The notes under the pieces: generated by a model | Seen by the model: the letters and a program-made list of their open reading frames with translations, nothing else | Database searches by the model: none | Told to the model about the DNA's origin: nothing | Part shown: piece by piece, positions 41,401 to 49,931 of the stretch | Numbering within the stretch: the stretch's first letter is position 1 | Layout of the letters: the number at the start of each line of letters is the position of its first letter | Source of the DNA: Pseudomonadota bacterium | Lineage (GTDB): Bacteria; Myxococcota_A; Polyangia; Palsa-1104; JAEUJZ01 | Assembly (NCBI GenBank): GCA_035328405.1 | Contig: DAOLIT010000010.1 | Span: forward strand, 3,529-67,528 | DNA length: 64,000 bases | Direction of reading: 5' to 3' | Made by a program: the position numbers and the translations under genes

Positions 41401-41482
41401 GCCCGAGTGGCGAAATTGGTAAACGCAGAGGACTTAAAATCCTTAGCCGCATGGCGTGTGGGTTCGATTCCCGCCTCGGGCA
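41401..41482 (+). tRNA. tRNA-Leu (anticodon TAA)
   Basis: Cloverleaf: acceptor GCCCGAG/CTCGGGC, D-arm, anticodon loop cTTAAaa, long variable arm, T-arm GTGGG-TTCGATT-CCCGC, discriminator A. Confidence 0.85.
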
Positions 41483-41527
41483 CAAAAACGCTGCGCATTC
41501 CCAAAGACTTCGGCCTACAGTCCCGCC

Positions 41528-42016
41528 ATGGAACCGTCGGGCACGTCTTCTTCGGACATCGCAGTTTTTGCAAAGCCGCCTCTCAAGCTTGAGCGGCGCA
41601 ACCATGCTCGAGTGGCGCTGCGCGTGACGGTGACGACGCGGGTTTTCTCTGCGACCGCGCCGCCTCTTGTCCTGGTCGGCCAGTCCACCGATGTAGGTTT
41701 GGGAGGCATGCGGCTGTTTCGTTTCGCCCAGCAAGACGAGCCCCGGCTGCACACCGACAGCATCGTGCTCGTTTCGTTTGATCTGCCCACGGGCGCTGTT
41801 CTCTGCGACGTGCCGTGTTCGCTCGTATTCGAGGTCGTGCAAGGCAAACGCCACAACGTCCGCATGTCTGGCCTGTCTTTTTTGTCGCTTCACCCGAACC
41901 AGGAAGCCGCGCTCAAGACCTTTCTTCGCTCGCAGAAGAAAGCGAAACGTCCGTCGCGCGAACGTGCAGCGCAAGCTGATAAAGCTTCCTCCTCGGTTGG
42001 CCGGTCAACACGGTGA
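41528..42016 (+). CDS. PilZ-domain protein (c-di-GMP binding)
   Basis: 'RRNHARVALRVTVTT' (RxxxR) and 'STDVGLGGMRL' (DxSxGG) motifs. Confidence 0.7.
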   Translation: MEPSGTSSSDIAVFAKPPLKLERRNHARVALRVTVTTRVFSATAPPLVLVGQSTDVGLGGMRLFRFAQQDEPRLHTDSIVLVSFDLPTGAVLCDVPCSLVFEVVQGKRHNVRMSGLSFLSLHPNQEAALKTFLRSQKKAKRPSRERAAQADKASSSVGRSTR

Positions 42017-42809
42017 GCGCCGTCGAGATGTCTTTGGCCGTTTCCCCTCGCAACAGCCGTTTTCGCACTTCCTGTTCCACATCCAATTGAGCCGCCTCGC
42101 CGTCGCAAAGCGCGCCTTCTTCCGCCCCGGCCACCACCAGCGTGATTTCGCCGCGCACCGGCTGCGCAACCAGTTTTTGGGAAAGCTCGCCCAGCGTTCC
42201 GCGCAGCGTTTCCTCGAACAGTTTGGACAGCTCGCGCGCCACCACCGCCTGCCGACGTTCGCCCAGCACCTTCGCCAAATCGCCCACCGTGTGCGCCACG
42301 CGCTCTTTCGATTCGTAAAACACGAGCGTCCCCGGTTCCTGCCGAAGCGAGCCAAACAGCGCGAGCCTTGGACCCTCATCCCGAGGCGGAAAACCCACAA
42401 ACAAAAAACGCTGCGTCGGCAAACCCGACACCACCAGCGCGTGGAGCACCGCGCTCGGTCCCGGCACGACTTCCACCGGAATCTTTTGTGCGTGCGCCGC
42501 CGCCACCAAACCCTGTCCGGGGTCCGAGATGCCCGGCATGCCCGCATCCGTCACGAGCGCCACGGTTTTTCCCGCCAAAAGCTCCGACACAAGTTCCTGC
42601 TCGCGTGCCGTTTCATTGCCTGCGAAAAAACTCACCAGCCGACGATTCCCGACTGCAATCTGATGGTGCGAAAGCAGGTGCAACGCCTTCCGCGTATCTT
42701 CTGCGGCCAGAATCTCGACCGTCGCCAGCACGCGCAGCGCACGCAGGGTCACATCTTCCATGTTGCCGATCGGCGTACCGACGACAAAGAGCCTTCCCTT
42801 AGCCGACAC
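41913..42809 (-). CDS. rsmI: 16S rRNA (cytidine1402-2'-O)-methyltransferase
   Basis: 'GRLFVVGTPIGNMEDVTLRALRVL', 'VALVTDAGMPGISDPG'. Start placed at GTG (VSAKGRLF...) to limit overlap with murC; 3' end overlaps the PilZ gene by ~100 nt. Confidence 0.8.
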   Translation of the reverse strand: MSAKGRLFVVGTPIGNMEDVTLRALRVLATVEILAAEDTRKALHLLSHHQIAVGNRRLVSFFAGNETAREQELVSELLAGKTVALVTDAGMPGISDPGQGLVAAAHAQKIPVEVVPGPSAVLHALVVSGLPTQRFLFVGFPPRDEGPRLALFGSLRQEPGTLVFYESKERVAHTVGDLAKVLGERRQAVVARELSKLFEETLRGTLGELSQKLVAQPVRGEITLVVAGAEEGALCDGEAAQLDVEQEVRKRLLRGETAKDISTALTVLTGQPRRKLYQLALHVRATDVSLSSASEERS

Positions 42810-44247
42810 TTTTGCACTCCGCGTCTTGAAAACCGGGCACCTCGGCAAGTTCCGCGAGGAACCTGGGCCCCACTGCGGAAATGTCCCCGGCCCCGAGCGT
42901 GATCACCACATCGCCCGGTTTGCAGCCGCGCGCCATCTCTTGTGCAAGCTCTTCTTTGTCCACAAAGCGCACCCCTTTGTGCCCCTGTTCCCGGATGTTC
43001 TCGACCAGAATCCGAGCATCCACACCCGGAATCGGCGTTTCCCCCGCCGCATAAATGTCCGTCACGAGCAGCAGGTCCGCATCCGCAAACGCGCACGAAA
43101 AATCCGCAAACAGATCCCGCGTCCGTGTGTATCTGTGCGGCTGAAACGCAACGAGCAACCGCCGCGAGGGGAATGCCGCTTTCGCACCACGCAGCGTCGC
43201 TCGGATTTCCGTTGGATGATGCCCGTAATCGTCCACCAGCAGCACTTCCTGTTCGCCCTGACCTACCCTGCCCCGGACCGAGAAACGCCGTGACACCCCC
43301 GAAAAGGTCCGCAGCGCCTGAGCAGATACCTCAAACGGAATGCCCAACCCCTCTGCCACCGCCAGCACCGCGAGCGCATTCTGCACGTTGTGCGCCCCGA
43401 CGAGCGGAAGCTCCACCGGTCCCAAACAGGTGTCTTGCCGATACGCGACAAAACTCGACGTGAGCCCCGAAAACGCCAACTTGCGCGCGTGAAAATGCGC
43501 CCCTTCCGACAACCCATACGTGACCACCCGCTTGTTCAGCGCCCGTGCCAGGTCGCGCAACACCTCGTGGTCCCAGCACAACACCGCCCGCCCAAAGAAC
43601 GGCACTTTTTCCAAAAACGCCAAGAACGCCGCCCGCAACGCCCTTTCGTCTCCGTAAAAATCCAGGTGTTCTGGATCGATGTTCGTGACCACCGCCACCG
43701 TCGGTGTCAGGTGCAAAAAGGAGCCGTCCGATTCGTCCGCCTCGGCCACCAAGTACTCCGACTGGCCCAGCCGAGCATTCGACCCGAGCGCGGGCAACCG
43801 GCCTCCGACCACGATCGTCGGGTCCAATCCGGCGGCGTGCAGCACCGTCGCAATCAGCGAGGTCGTCGTCGTTTTTCCGTGCGAACCCGCGACCGCAATC
43901 CCGTACCGCAGCCGCATCAGCTCGGACAGCATTTCCGCGCGGCGAATCACCGGGATTCCCTTTTTCCGGGCCTCCTCCACCTCGGGATTCCCCCGCATCA
44001 CGGCGCTCGTCGTCACGACCACATCCGGTTCCTCACCCAGCAGCAAAAGATGGCTCGCGTCGTGTCCCTGCCGAATCACCGCGCCCAATTCGCACAACCG
44101 CTTTGTCGTGTCGCCGAGTTTCAGATCGCTCCCAGAAACCCCACACGCCATCCCCAAGAGCACCTCGGCGATGCCGGACATGCCGATGCCACCAATCCCA
44201 ACGAAGTGAACCCGTGTCGAGGGCTGTCTACGGACAAAAAGCGTCAT
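42799..44247 (-). CDS. murC: UDP-N-acetylmuramate--L-alanine ligase
   Basis: 'VHFVGIGGIGMSGIAEVL', 'VAGSHGKTTTTSLIA', Mur ligase middle and C-terminal domains. Confidence 0.92.
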   Translation of the reverse strand: MTLFVRRQPSTRVHFVGIGGIGMSGIAEVLLGMACGVSGSDLKLGDTTKRLCELGAVIRQGHDASHLLLLGEEPDVVVTTSAVMRGNPEVEEARKKGIPVIRRAEMLSELMRLRYGIAVAGSHGKTTTTSLIATVLHAAGLDPTIVVGGRLPALGSNARLGQSEYLVAEADESDGSFLHLTPTVAVVTNIDPEHLDFYGDERALRAAFLAFLEKVPFFGRAVLCWDHEVLRDLARALNKRVVTYGLSEGAHFHARKLAFSGLTSSFVAYRQDTCLGPVELPLVGAHNVQNALAVLAVAEGLGIPFEVSAQALRTFSGVSRRFSVRGRVGQGEQEVLLVDDYGHHPTEIRATLRGAKAAFPSRRLLVAFQPHRYTRTRDLFADFSCAFADADLLLVTDIYAAGETPIPGVDARILVENIREQGHKGVRFVDKEELAQEMARGCKPGDVVITLGAGDISAVGPRFLAELAEVPGFQDAECKSVG

Positions 44248-44321
44248 GGCCGCCGACCCTATCACGGTTCGCCAAAAACCGACGGTGGCGGTTTTGGGCC
44301 CACGAAGCCGCAGCCAATCCT

Positions 44322-44636
44322 CACCAGGCTTAGGGCAATCGGCGTGGGGCTTCGGGCAATTGGCGTGGGGGCTCGGGCAATTGACGTGGGGGCTCGGGCA
44401 ATTGACGTGGGGCTTAGGGCAATTTGCGTGGGGGCTCGGGCAATTGGCGTGGTTGCGCGGGCAATTGGCGTGGGGCTTCGGGCAATTGGCGTGGGGGCTC
44501 GGGCAATTGACGTGGGGGCTCGGGCAATTGACGTGGGGCTTAGGGCAATTTGCGTGGGGGCTCGGGCAATTGGCGTGGTTGCGCGGGCAATTGGCGTGGG
44601 GCTTCGGGCAATCGGCGTGGGGCTTAGGACGTTGTG
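44322..44636. repeat. 21-bp tandem repeat array (~15 units, gggcaattggcgtgggggctc-like) with 147-bp higher-order duplication
   Basis: Direct read. Units differ at a few positions (a/c at unit pos 9, ctc/ttc/tta, one variant 'ggttgcgc'). The 7-unit block is repeated twice nearly exactly. Lies between murC and the OLD-family gene; no spacers, so not CRISPR. Confidence 0.9.
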
Positions 44637-44643
44637 GTGGGGC

Positions 44644-46560
44644 TCATGGCGCGGTCAGCAGATCGAGCAGGGTTCGGATTTCCAAAGGAATGGCCCGATG
44701 GAGGTCCGGCAAGAGGTTTCGCTCTGCTTGCTCGACGATCTCGACCAGCGAACCCCGCAACGCAAAAGACCCCTTGGGCAACGTGTCGCGCAGCGCCTGC
44801 AGAAGAACGCGGGACCGGTCTTTTCCATGCTGAAAGACCGCCGGGTTTTCACGCACATCGGCGCGGGCCCGCTGGTTGGCGGTGTTTTCATCGAGCATCT
44901 TGCCGTCTTTGTCCGGGCGGCGATGCACCGCACGCCGACCATCGACCGCCTGATCTTCCAGGGCTCGGTCTTCGTCGGCCTTTTTCACCGCTGCGTCAAG
45001 CTGTGCCACAAGGTCCTCAGGCGCAAGGCGGATGTGCGGCGCAAGCCAAGCACTCAAACAGCGTGAGTCCAAAAACAGGCTCTCGATGCTGTGTCTAGAC
45101 CACGTAGCCTCCACCACCACGAGGTGGTTGGCCAGATTCGTGCTGGTGGGCGCTTTGGGTTCGCGGCCAAAGTCGCGATCTTTGACGAGGGCCGCTCTCA
45201 CCGGGACCCCGCTCTGCAAGGTGGGGAAGAGCGCAGGCGTGAGCAGTGCCTTCAACACGCCTTGGGCGCTCGCGTTGCCCACACCGTTGAGCGGAACGGG
45301 CGTGTAGTCCAAGAAGCGCTGCCAGCGATCCTGTTGATCTGCGTACAAGAGGCGAGCACAGGCTCGCAGAAACTTGTAGTCCGACGGCCCCTCGTAAAAA
45401 AGAACGCGACGAGACGCTAGAAAGTTCAAGGCCGTAAACGGCGTCAAATCACAGAAGGACCCAAGGGCTGCCACGATGTCAGAATCGTTGCGCAGCACAG
45501 CCACCGAAGGCGTGGCCTTTCGATCGACGTGAAGCAGCACAGCATCCCGGCGCTGTCCCAGGCGATTTGTCACCTCGACCGAGTGGGTGGCCAACACAAG
45601 CTGAACGCCAAACGTATGAAGCGCCAACTGGGTAAGCGCCTCGGCGGCCTCGGCCTGCAAACGCGGATGCAGATGCGCCTCTGGTTCATCGAGCAGAAAC
45701 AGGACGGGGCGGTTTTCGCTCTCTACTCGCTGCACCTGAAGGAGCTTCATCGCCGAAAACAGCGCAACAAGGTTGACCAGGCCCGAGCCCGCAGAAGACA
45801 GTTCCAGCTCTCCGTTGTCATCTTGAAAGTAGACGTGCAGATCGGCAGTGTTCTCGGCGTCGGCCTGCGCCGTTCTCCGCGTCAGGCGCGTCCCGAGCGG
45901 CGCAAGCAGCGTGCGGTTCAACTGCTCGAGGTCGGCGGCATCCAGTCGAGCAACCAAGTTCCGCACGATGTGGCTTTGATCGCCGCTGCCCAGCAACCGA
46001 GTCAACAGGGGACGCGACCGATGCTCCTCTGTCCGAATCACCCCATAGAACGCAGGGACAAACACAGACAGCGGATAGAGGCGCCCGAGGTCCATCTGCA
46101 GACGCGCTTTCACGTCCGATTTTCGAGCCATTCCCGATACCGATGCCAACGCCTGACGAGACCGTACCGCTACACTGCGCAAAAGCTGCCGGTTGCGTCC
46201 GTAGTGAAAGCTCACCCACAGTTCCTGGAGCGCATCTGTCTCATCGAAGGCCAGGGTGATGTCCAGGCTTGTGCCGTCCCCCACTTGCGCATGGTGAAAC
46301 AGTTGGGTCCAGTCGGACAAACCCACAAGCGCGCTCGGATCGGACACCACTTCCTTGCGAGAAGTCCAAATCCATCCGTCCGGGACTCGCTCTGGGAGGA
46401 ACGCGGCGGTCTGCGCCAGCGACTCACAAGCCAAACGGATCGCTTGCAGCACCGTGGATTTGCCCGAGCTGTTCTTGCCAATCAGCACGGTCACGTCGGA
46501 GAGATCCGCTTGAAACGCTGCAAAGCCTCGGTAGTTGGTGAGCTCGACCTTGCGTAACAT
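44644..46560 (-). CDS. OLD-family ATP-dependent endonuclease (ABC-type ATPase + TOPRIM), class-1 (solo)
   Basis: N-terminal 'LRKVELTNYRGFAAFQADLSDVTVLIGKNSSGKST' (Walker A), 'LFLLDEPEAHLHPRLQ' (Walker B/D-loop). C-terminal TOPRIM-like 'VLFYEGPSDYKFL' and 'VKDRDF' (DxD). Confidence 0.7.
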   Translation of the reverse strand: MLRKVELTNYRGFAAFQADLSDVTVLIGKNSSGKSTVLQAIRLACESLAQTAAFLPERVPDGWIWTSRKEVVSDPSALVGLSDWTQLFHHAQVGDGTSLDITLAFDETDALQELWVSFHYGRNRQLLRSVAVRSRQALASVSGMARKSDVKARLQMDLGRLYPLSVFVPAFYGVIRTEEHRSRPLLTRLLGSGDQSHIVRNLVARLDAADLEQLNRTLLAPLGTRLTRRTAQADAENTADLHVYFQDDNGELELSSAGSGLVNLVALFSAMKLLQVQRVESENRPVLFLLDEPEAHLHPRLQAEAAEALTQLALHTFGVQLVLATHSVEVTNRLGQRRDAVLLHVDRKATPSVAVLRNDSDIVAALGSFCDLTPFTALNFLASRRVLFYEGPSDYKFLRACARLLYADQQDRWQRFLDYTPVPLNGVGNASAQGVLKALLTPALFPTLQSGVPVRAALVKDRDFGREPKAPTSTNLANHLVVVEATWSRHSIESLFLDSRCLSAWLAPHIRLAPEDLVAQLDAAVKKADEDRALEDQAVDGRRAVHRRPDKDGKMLDENTANQRARADVRENPAVFQHGKDRSRVLLQALRDTLPKGSFALRGSLVEIVEQAERNLLPDLHRAIPLEIRTLLDLLTAP

Positions 46561-46620
46561 GGCCGGGAATCTATCACAGCCCTGTTACCGCTCAGTCGAG
46601 CAAACGCGCTGCGGTGAATC

Positions 46621-49056
46621 TTAGTAATCGAAACGGAGGCCCAGGTTGGGGAAGATCGGCAGGCCGACGACTCGGCCTTGTTGGTAGAGCTGGCGGCCTC
46701 CGTACAAGAGGCTTTCGGCGTTCTTGCGGTTGTACAGGTTCTGGATTTCCACATAGAAACCGAACCGAAAGCGCCGGAACAAAAACGTCTTGTCCACACG
46801 CACATCCAGCTGGTGAAAGTCCGGCAGGCGCACGGAATTGGGTTCCCCCGAAACGCCTTGGTAGTACTGCCCGGACACGTCGCGGAGGCCCCCAACAAGC
46901 TCGGTGGTGGGATTGCCGGTCACGTACCGGAACCGCGCCCCGCAAAGCAGCCCCCACGGCAATTGATAGGACAAGACGGCGGTCAAGATGTGCGTCTGGT
47001 CAAACCGAAAGAGCCGCCAAGGTTCCTCTGGGTGATCGCGCCGTTCGGAACGGGACAGGGTGTACGCCAAAAAACCCCACAGTCCCCGCCACAGAGGTTG
47101 ACGGGCCAGAAACTCGCCTCCGTACACACGCCCGAGCCCATCGTTGGAATACATCGTATGCGGATCGGACACGACGAGCTGCCGCAGGTCCTTGTAAAAC
47201 CCCTGTGCCTCTAGGTGCAGTCCCCCCGGCAAATCGGCATCCGCCCCCAATACATAGTGCGTGCCCGCTTGCCACGCGAGGTACGGATTCCCAAACAGAG
47301 GCGACAGCTCGGCCCCTTGCGGCGCTTGGTGATAGACCCCAATGCCTCCTTTCAAAAACAGCCTGTCCGGGACAAGCGTCGCGCGCAGCGTCAGCCTGGG
47401 CTCGACGAACAAAAGCGTCCGCGACACCGTGGTGAGGGCCGTCGCTTCACTGTCCTCCTCGCGACTGGGAATGCGAACATGGTCCGCAGACACCCGAAGC
47501 TGCGGCGACAATTCCAGCCGATTGTCGAACAGATGAAACCGCGCAATCAGATACGGAGACGTTTGCAGCAAGTGATAGAGGAGCAGCTCGCGCAGCACCG
47601 GCCCTGTGGAATCCGCGAAAAAACCGTCCCCAAAGAAACCATTTTCCGAACGGCCCGCGTCTTTCACCATGTCCGCTCCGCCGACCGGCAGGTTCTGGCT
47701 GTCTTGTGCCCCCTGCGCCAGCGGCATGAGCGTTTCGACTCGGGCGCGCACTCCCTCGAAGTCGAGTCCCAGCCCCACATCGAACCACTGCCGCCACTTC
47801 TTGTGAAATTCGCCGCGCAGGTTGTACCCAAGCTGAAGGACCTTGAGCGCCACCGGCTTGCCCCCCAACCCCTGATCCCCTGTCACCACCGAAAACGTGT
47901 CCCCCCCGATCGAAGGCATGAGCCACAGGACCGAATCCCCCGAAAAGCGATGGGTGTACCGCAAGCGCGCCCGGCCAAAATACGATTTGCTGTCGATGTG
48001 GACGCGGCTGTTGGGGTCGGGGTCGTCTACTTTCGCCGTGATGTTGCTGGTCGCTCCGAACACGAGCAGGTCCAGGTCGTCGCGCGGACCTGCGGCATAG
48101 TGCGCAGCCAGCTGGTAGTCCCAATAAAACGGAGAAAGCTGCGTGCTGCCCGAATTGAAAAGGGGCAAAAGCGCAGAAATCCAAGACACGCGCCCGCCCG
48201 CTGCGACGTGCAGTTTCTTTGTAACCGGGCCTTCGACCGTGACGCTCCCATCGATCAGGTCGAGCGTGATGGACCCGTGCCACCTATCGCTTTTGGGGCG
48301 GCGCGTGGCGACCTCGATCACCCCGCCCAGGCCCCTTCCGTAGTCGGCCCCGTACGCCCCCGGACGAAAGGACACGTCCGTCACAAACTCGGCGCTGATG
48401 GTCGAACGCACGCCGCCAAAGTGATAGACCCTCGGGATTTGCACCCCGTCCGCATAGACGCGGGTGTCCGATGGCGCAGAACCCCACACGACGATTTGCC
48501 CTCCTCCGAACGGCGCACGCGCGATGCCGGGCAAGTTCTGCATCGCTTTGATGGGATCGTTTTGTCCGCCCGGAATTTTCTTGAGCTCGGTCACAGACAA
48601 CGTGGTCGAGACGACCTCGCGGCGCAGCGGAGCGGCTTTGACGACCACCTCGAACGGATTGCCTTTGGGAGGCGCAAACAGCGTGATCTCAAGACGCCCC
48701 TTGGGCAGGTCCTGCTGGCCTTTTGTCGTCTGAATGCGCGCCGACCGCAGCGTCAAGTACACCGTCCCCGGCGCAAGACCGACAAGACGAAACCGGCCTT
48801 CCTCGTCCGTTTCCGTGACCACGGGCTTTTTGTCATCGGGCCAACGAGACACCGCGAGCTTCACAAAGGGCAGCGGGTCGCGCGTGCCTTGCTCTTTGAC
48901 GACGCCGAGGAATTCGCACAATTCCGAAAGCGGCGGAGGTTCGACTTCTTCTTCGCTTGGCGAGTCACTTGGCCGTTCTTCCGCCCGCACGACCTGCAAA
49001 AAACAAGCGACAAAACCAGGCACAAGCCACACAAGCCGAGCCAATCGTCCGCACAT
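46621..49056 (-). CDS. TonB-dependent outer membrane receptor (with N-terminal carboxypeptidase-regulatory-like domain)
   Basis: Signal peptide, plug-region 'DGVQIPRVYHFGGVRSTI', C-terminal beta-barrel ending '...LGLRFDY'. Confidence 0.85.
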   Translation of the reverse strand: MCGRLARLVWLVPGFVACFLQVVRAEERPSDSPSEEEVEPPPLSELCEFLGVVKEQGTRDPLPFVKLAVSRWPDDKKPVVTETDEEGRFRLVGLAPGTVYLTLRSARIQTTKGQQDLPKGRLEITLFAPPKGNPFEVVVKAAPLRREVVSTTLSVTELKKIPGGQNDPIKAMQNLPGIARAPFGGGQIVVWGSAPSDTRVYADGVQIPRVYHFGGVRSTISAEFVTDVSFRPGAYGADYGRGLGGVIEVATRRPKSDRWHGSITLDLIDGSVTVEGPVTKKLHVAAGGRVSWISALLPLFNSGSTQLSPFYWDYQLAAHYAAGPRDDLDLLVFGATSNITAKVDDPDPNSRVHIDSKSYFGRARLRYTHRFSGDSVLWLMPSIGGDTFSVVTGDQGLGGKPVALKVLQLGYNLRGEFHKKWRQWFDVGLGLDFEGVRARVETLMPLAQGAQDSQNLPVGGADMVKDAGRSENGFFGDGFFADSTGPVLRELLLYHLLQTSPYLIARFHLFDNRLELSPQLRVSADHVRIPSREEDSEATALTTVSRTLLFVEPRLTLRATLVPDRLFLKGGIGVYHQAPQGAELSPLFGNPYLAWQAGTHYVLGADADLPGGLHLEAQGFYKDLRQLVVSDPHTMYSNDGLGRVYGGEFLARQPLWRGLWGFLAYTLSRSERRDHPEEPWRLFRFDQTHILTAVLSYQLPWGLLCGARFRYVTGNPTTELVGGLRDVSGQYYQGVSGEPNSVRLPDFHQLDVRVDKTFLFRRFRFGFYVEIQNLYNRKNAESLLYGGRQLYQQGRVVGLPIFPNLGLRFDY

Positions 49057-49186
49057 GGCCGCACGCTACCGAATTTTCCGCCCTTTGCCCACGCCCCCAA
49101 AACACAACCCGGCCCGCAACAAAACGATATCGGTCGAGGGCACCGAACAAGCGTGCCGCTTCTTTCGAGAGATCCCTACACAGGCC

Positions 49187-49828
49187 TCAGCGCAACAGGC
49201 CGCAGTGCCGTCCAGTGCGGCGGGCTTCCTCGATCGCCTCCATGGGCGGCACCGGGCGAATCTCCCCCATCAAACCGTTTGGCAGAAGCTCGATGTCCAC
49301 AAACGAGGGATAGAAGTGACGGATCATGCGAACCATGTGCCGGTCTCCCTCGGAATAGGTCCGCACGAACGAAAAATTGCGGAACGGCCCGTCGTGCAGA
49401 TCCAGCAATTCCTGAAATGTGCCGTAATCGAGAAAACTCGCGATGTCCTTGGCGAGGCTGGGAAAGAAAATGAAGTTCCGAAACCGCGATTCATAGACCG
49501 CTTCTATTGGGGGAACAGCCTTGATCTCGCCCATGTATCCATTGGGCAAAATCTCGATGTCGGCGCAGGATTCTCCATACAGTTCGCTGACTCGCATCCA
49601 GTTTTTCCCATCGCGACAAAACCGTCGTTCAACCGCGAAATCACTTGATGGCCCATCGCTAAGAGAAAAAACTTCATCGAACGTGCCCAGGTCTTTCCAT
49701 TCCACGATCCGCTGAAGATCCCTGGGTCGCAACGTAAACGGCACAAGGTCTTCGGGCGGCGGGAGCCACCCAAACAAATCGTCCAACGGAGGGAGCGGTT
49801 CAAAGTCAGGCATGTGCAAAACCCCCAT
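49187..49828 (-). CDS. hypothetical protein with internal tandem domain duplication; candidate immunity protein for the adjacent toxin
   Basis: Two ~90-aa repeats (DGKNWMRVSELYGESCADIEILPNGYMGEIKAVPPIEAVYE / DRHMVRMIRHFYPSFVDIELLPNGLMGEIRPVPPMEAIEE). No signal peptide. Lies directly 3' of the toxin gene. Confidence 0.5.
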   Translation of the reverse strand: MGVLHMPDFEPLPPLDDLFGWLPPPEDLVPFTLRPRDLQRIVEWKDLGTFDEVFSLSDGPSSDFAVERRFCRDGKNWMRVSELYGESCADIEILPNGYMGEIKAVPPIEAVYESRFRNFIFFPSLAKDIASFLDYGTFQELLDLHDGPFRNFSFVRTYSEGDRHMVRMIRHFYPSFVDIELLPNGLMGEIRPVPPMEAIEEARRTGRHCGLLR

Positions 49829-49931
49829 CCAGGTTAGGTGGGTCGGTCAGGAAACAGAAGCAGTTTTCTGAGGGCAGGTCTTTGGGAGGCATCGCGTGGC
49901 TGCGCAAAGGAGTCCCGAAACAGAATCGCGG

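Noticed and set aside
44322-44636. Possible CRISPR array
   Set aside because: Units are contiguous with no unique spacers and are only 21 bp long; no cas genes. It is a minisatellite.
43390-45066. Very long plus-strand ORFs (558 aa and 195 aa) running through the 21-bp array and antisense to murC, translating as LRAIGVG / GLGQLAW heptad repeats
   Set aside because: The open frames are a by-product of a 21-nt (7-codon) periodic repeat and of being antisense to a real high-GC gene. There is no start context and the composition is Arg/Gly junk.
44644-46560. Gabija (GajA/GajB) system
   Set aside because: The protein is GajA-like (ATPase + TOPRIM), but no UvrD-like helicase gene is adjacent on either side. 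Called as a solo class-1 OLD nuclease instead.
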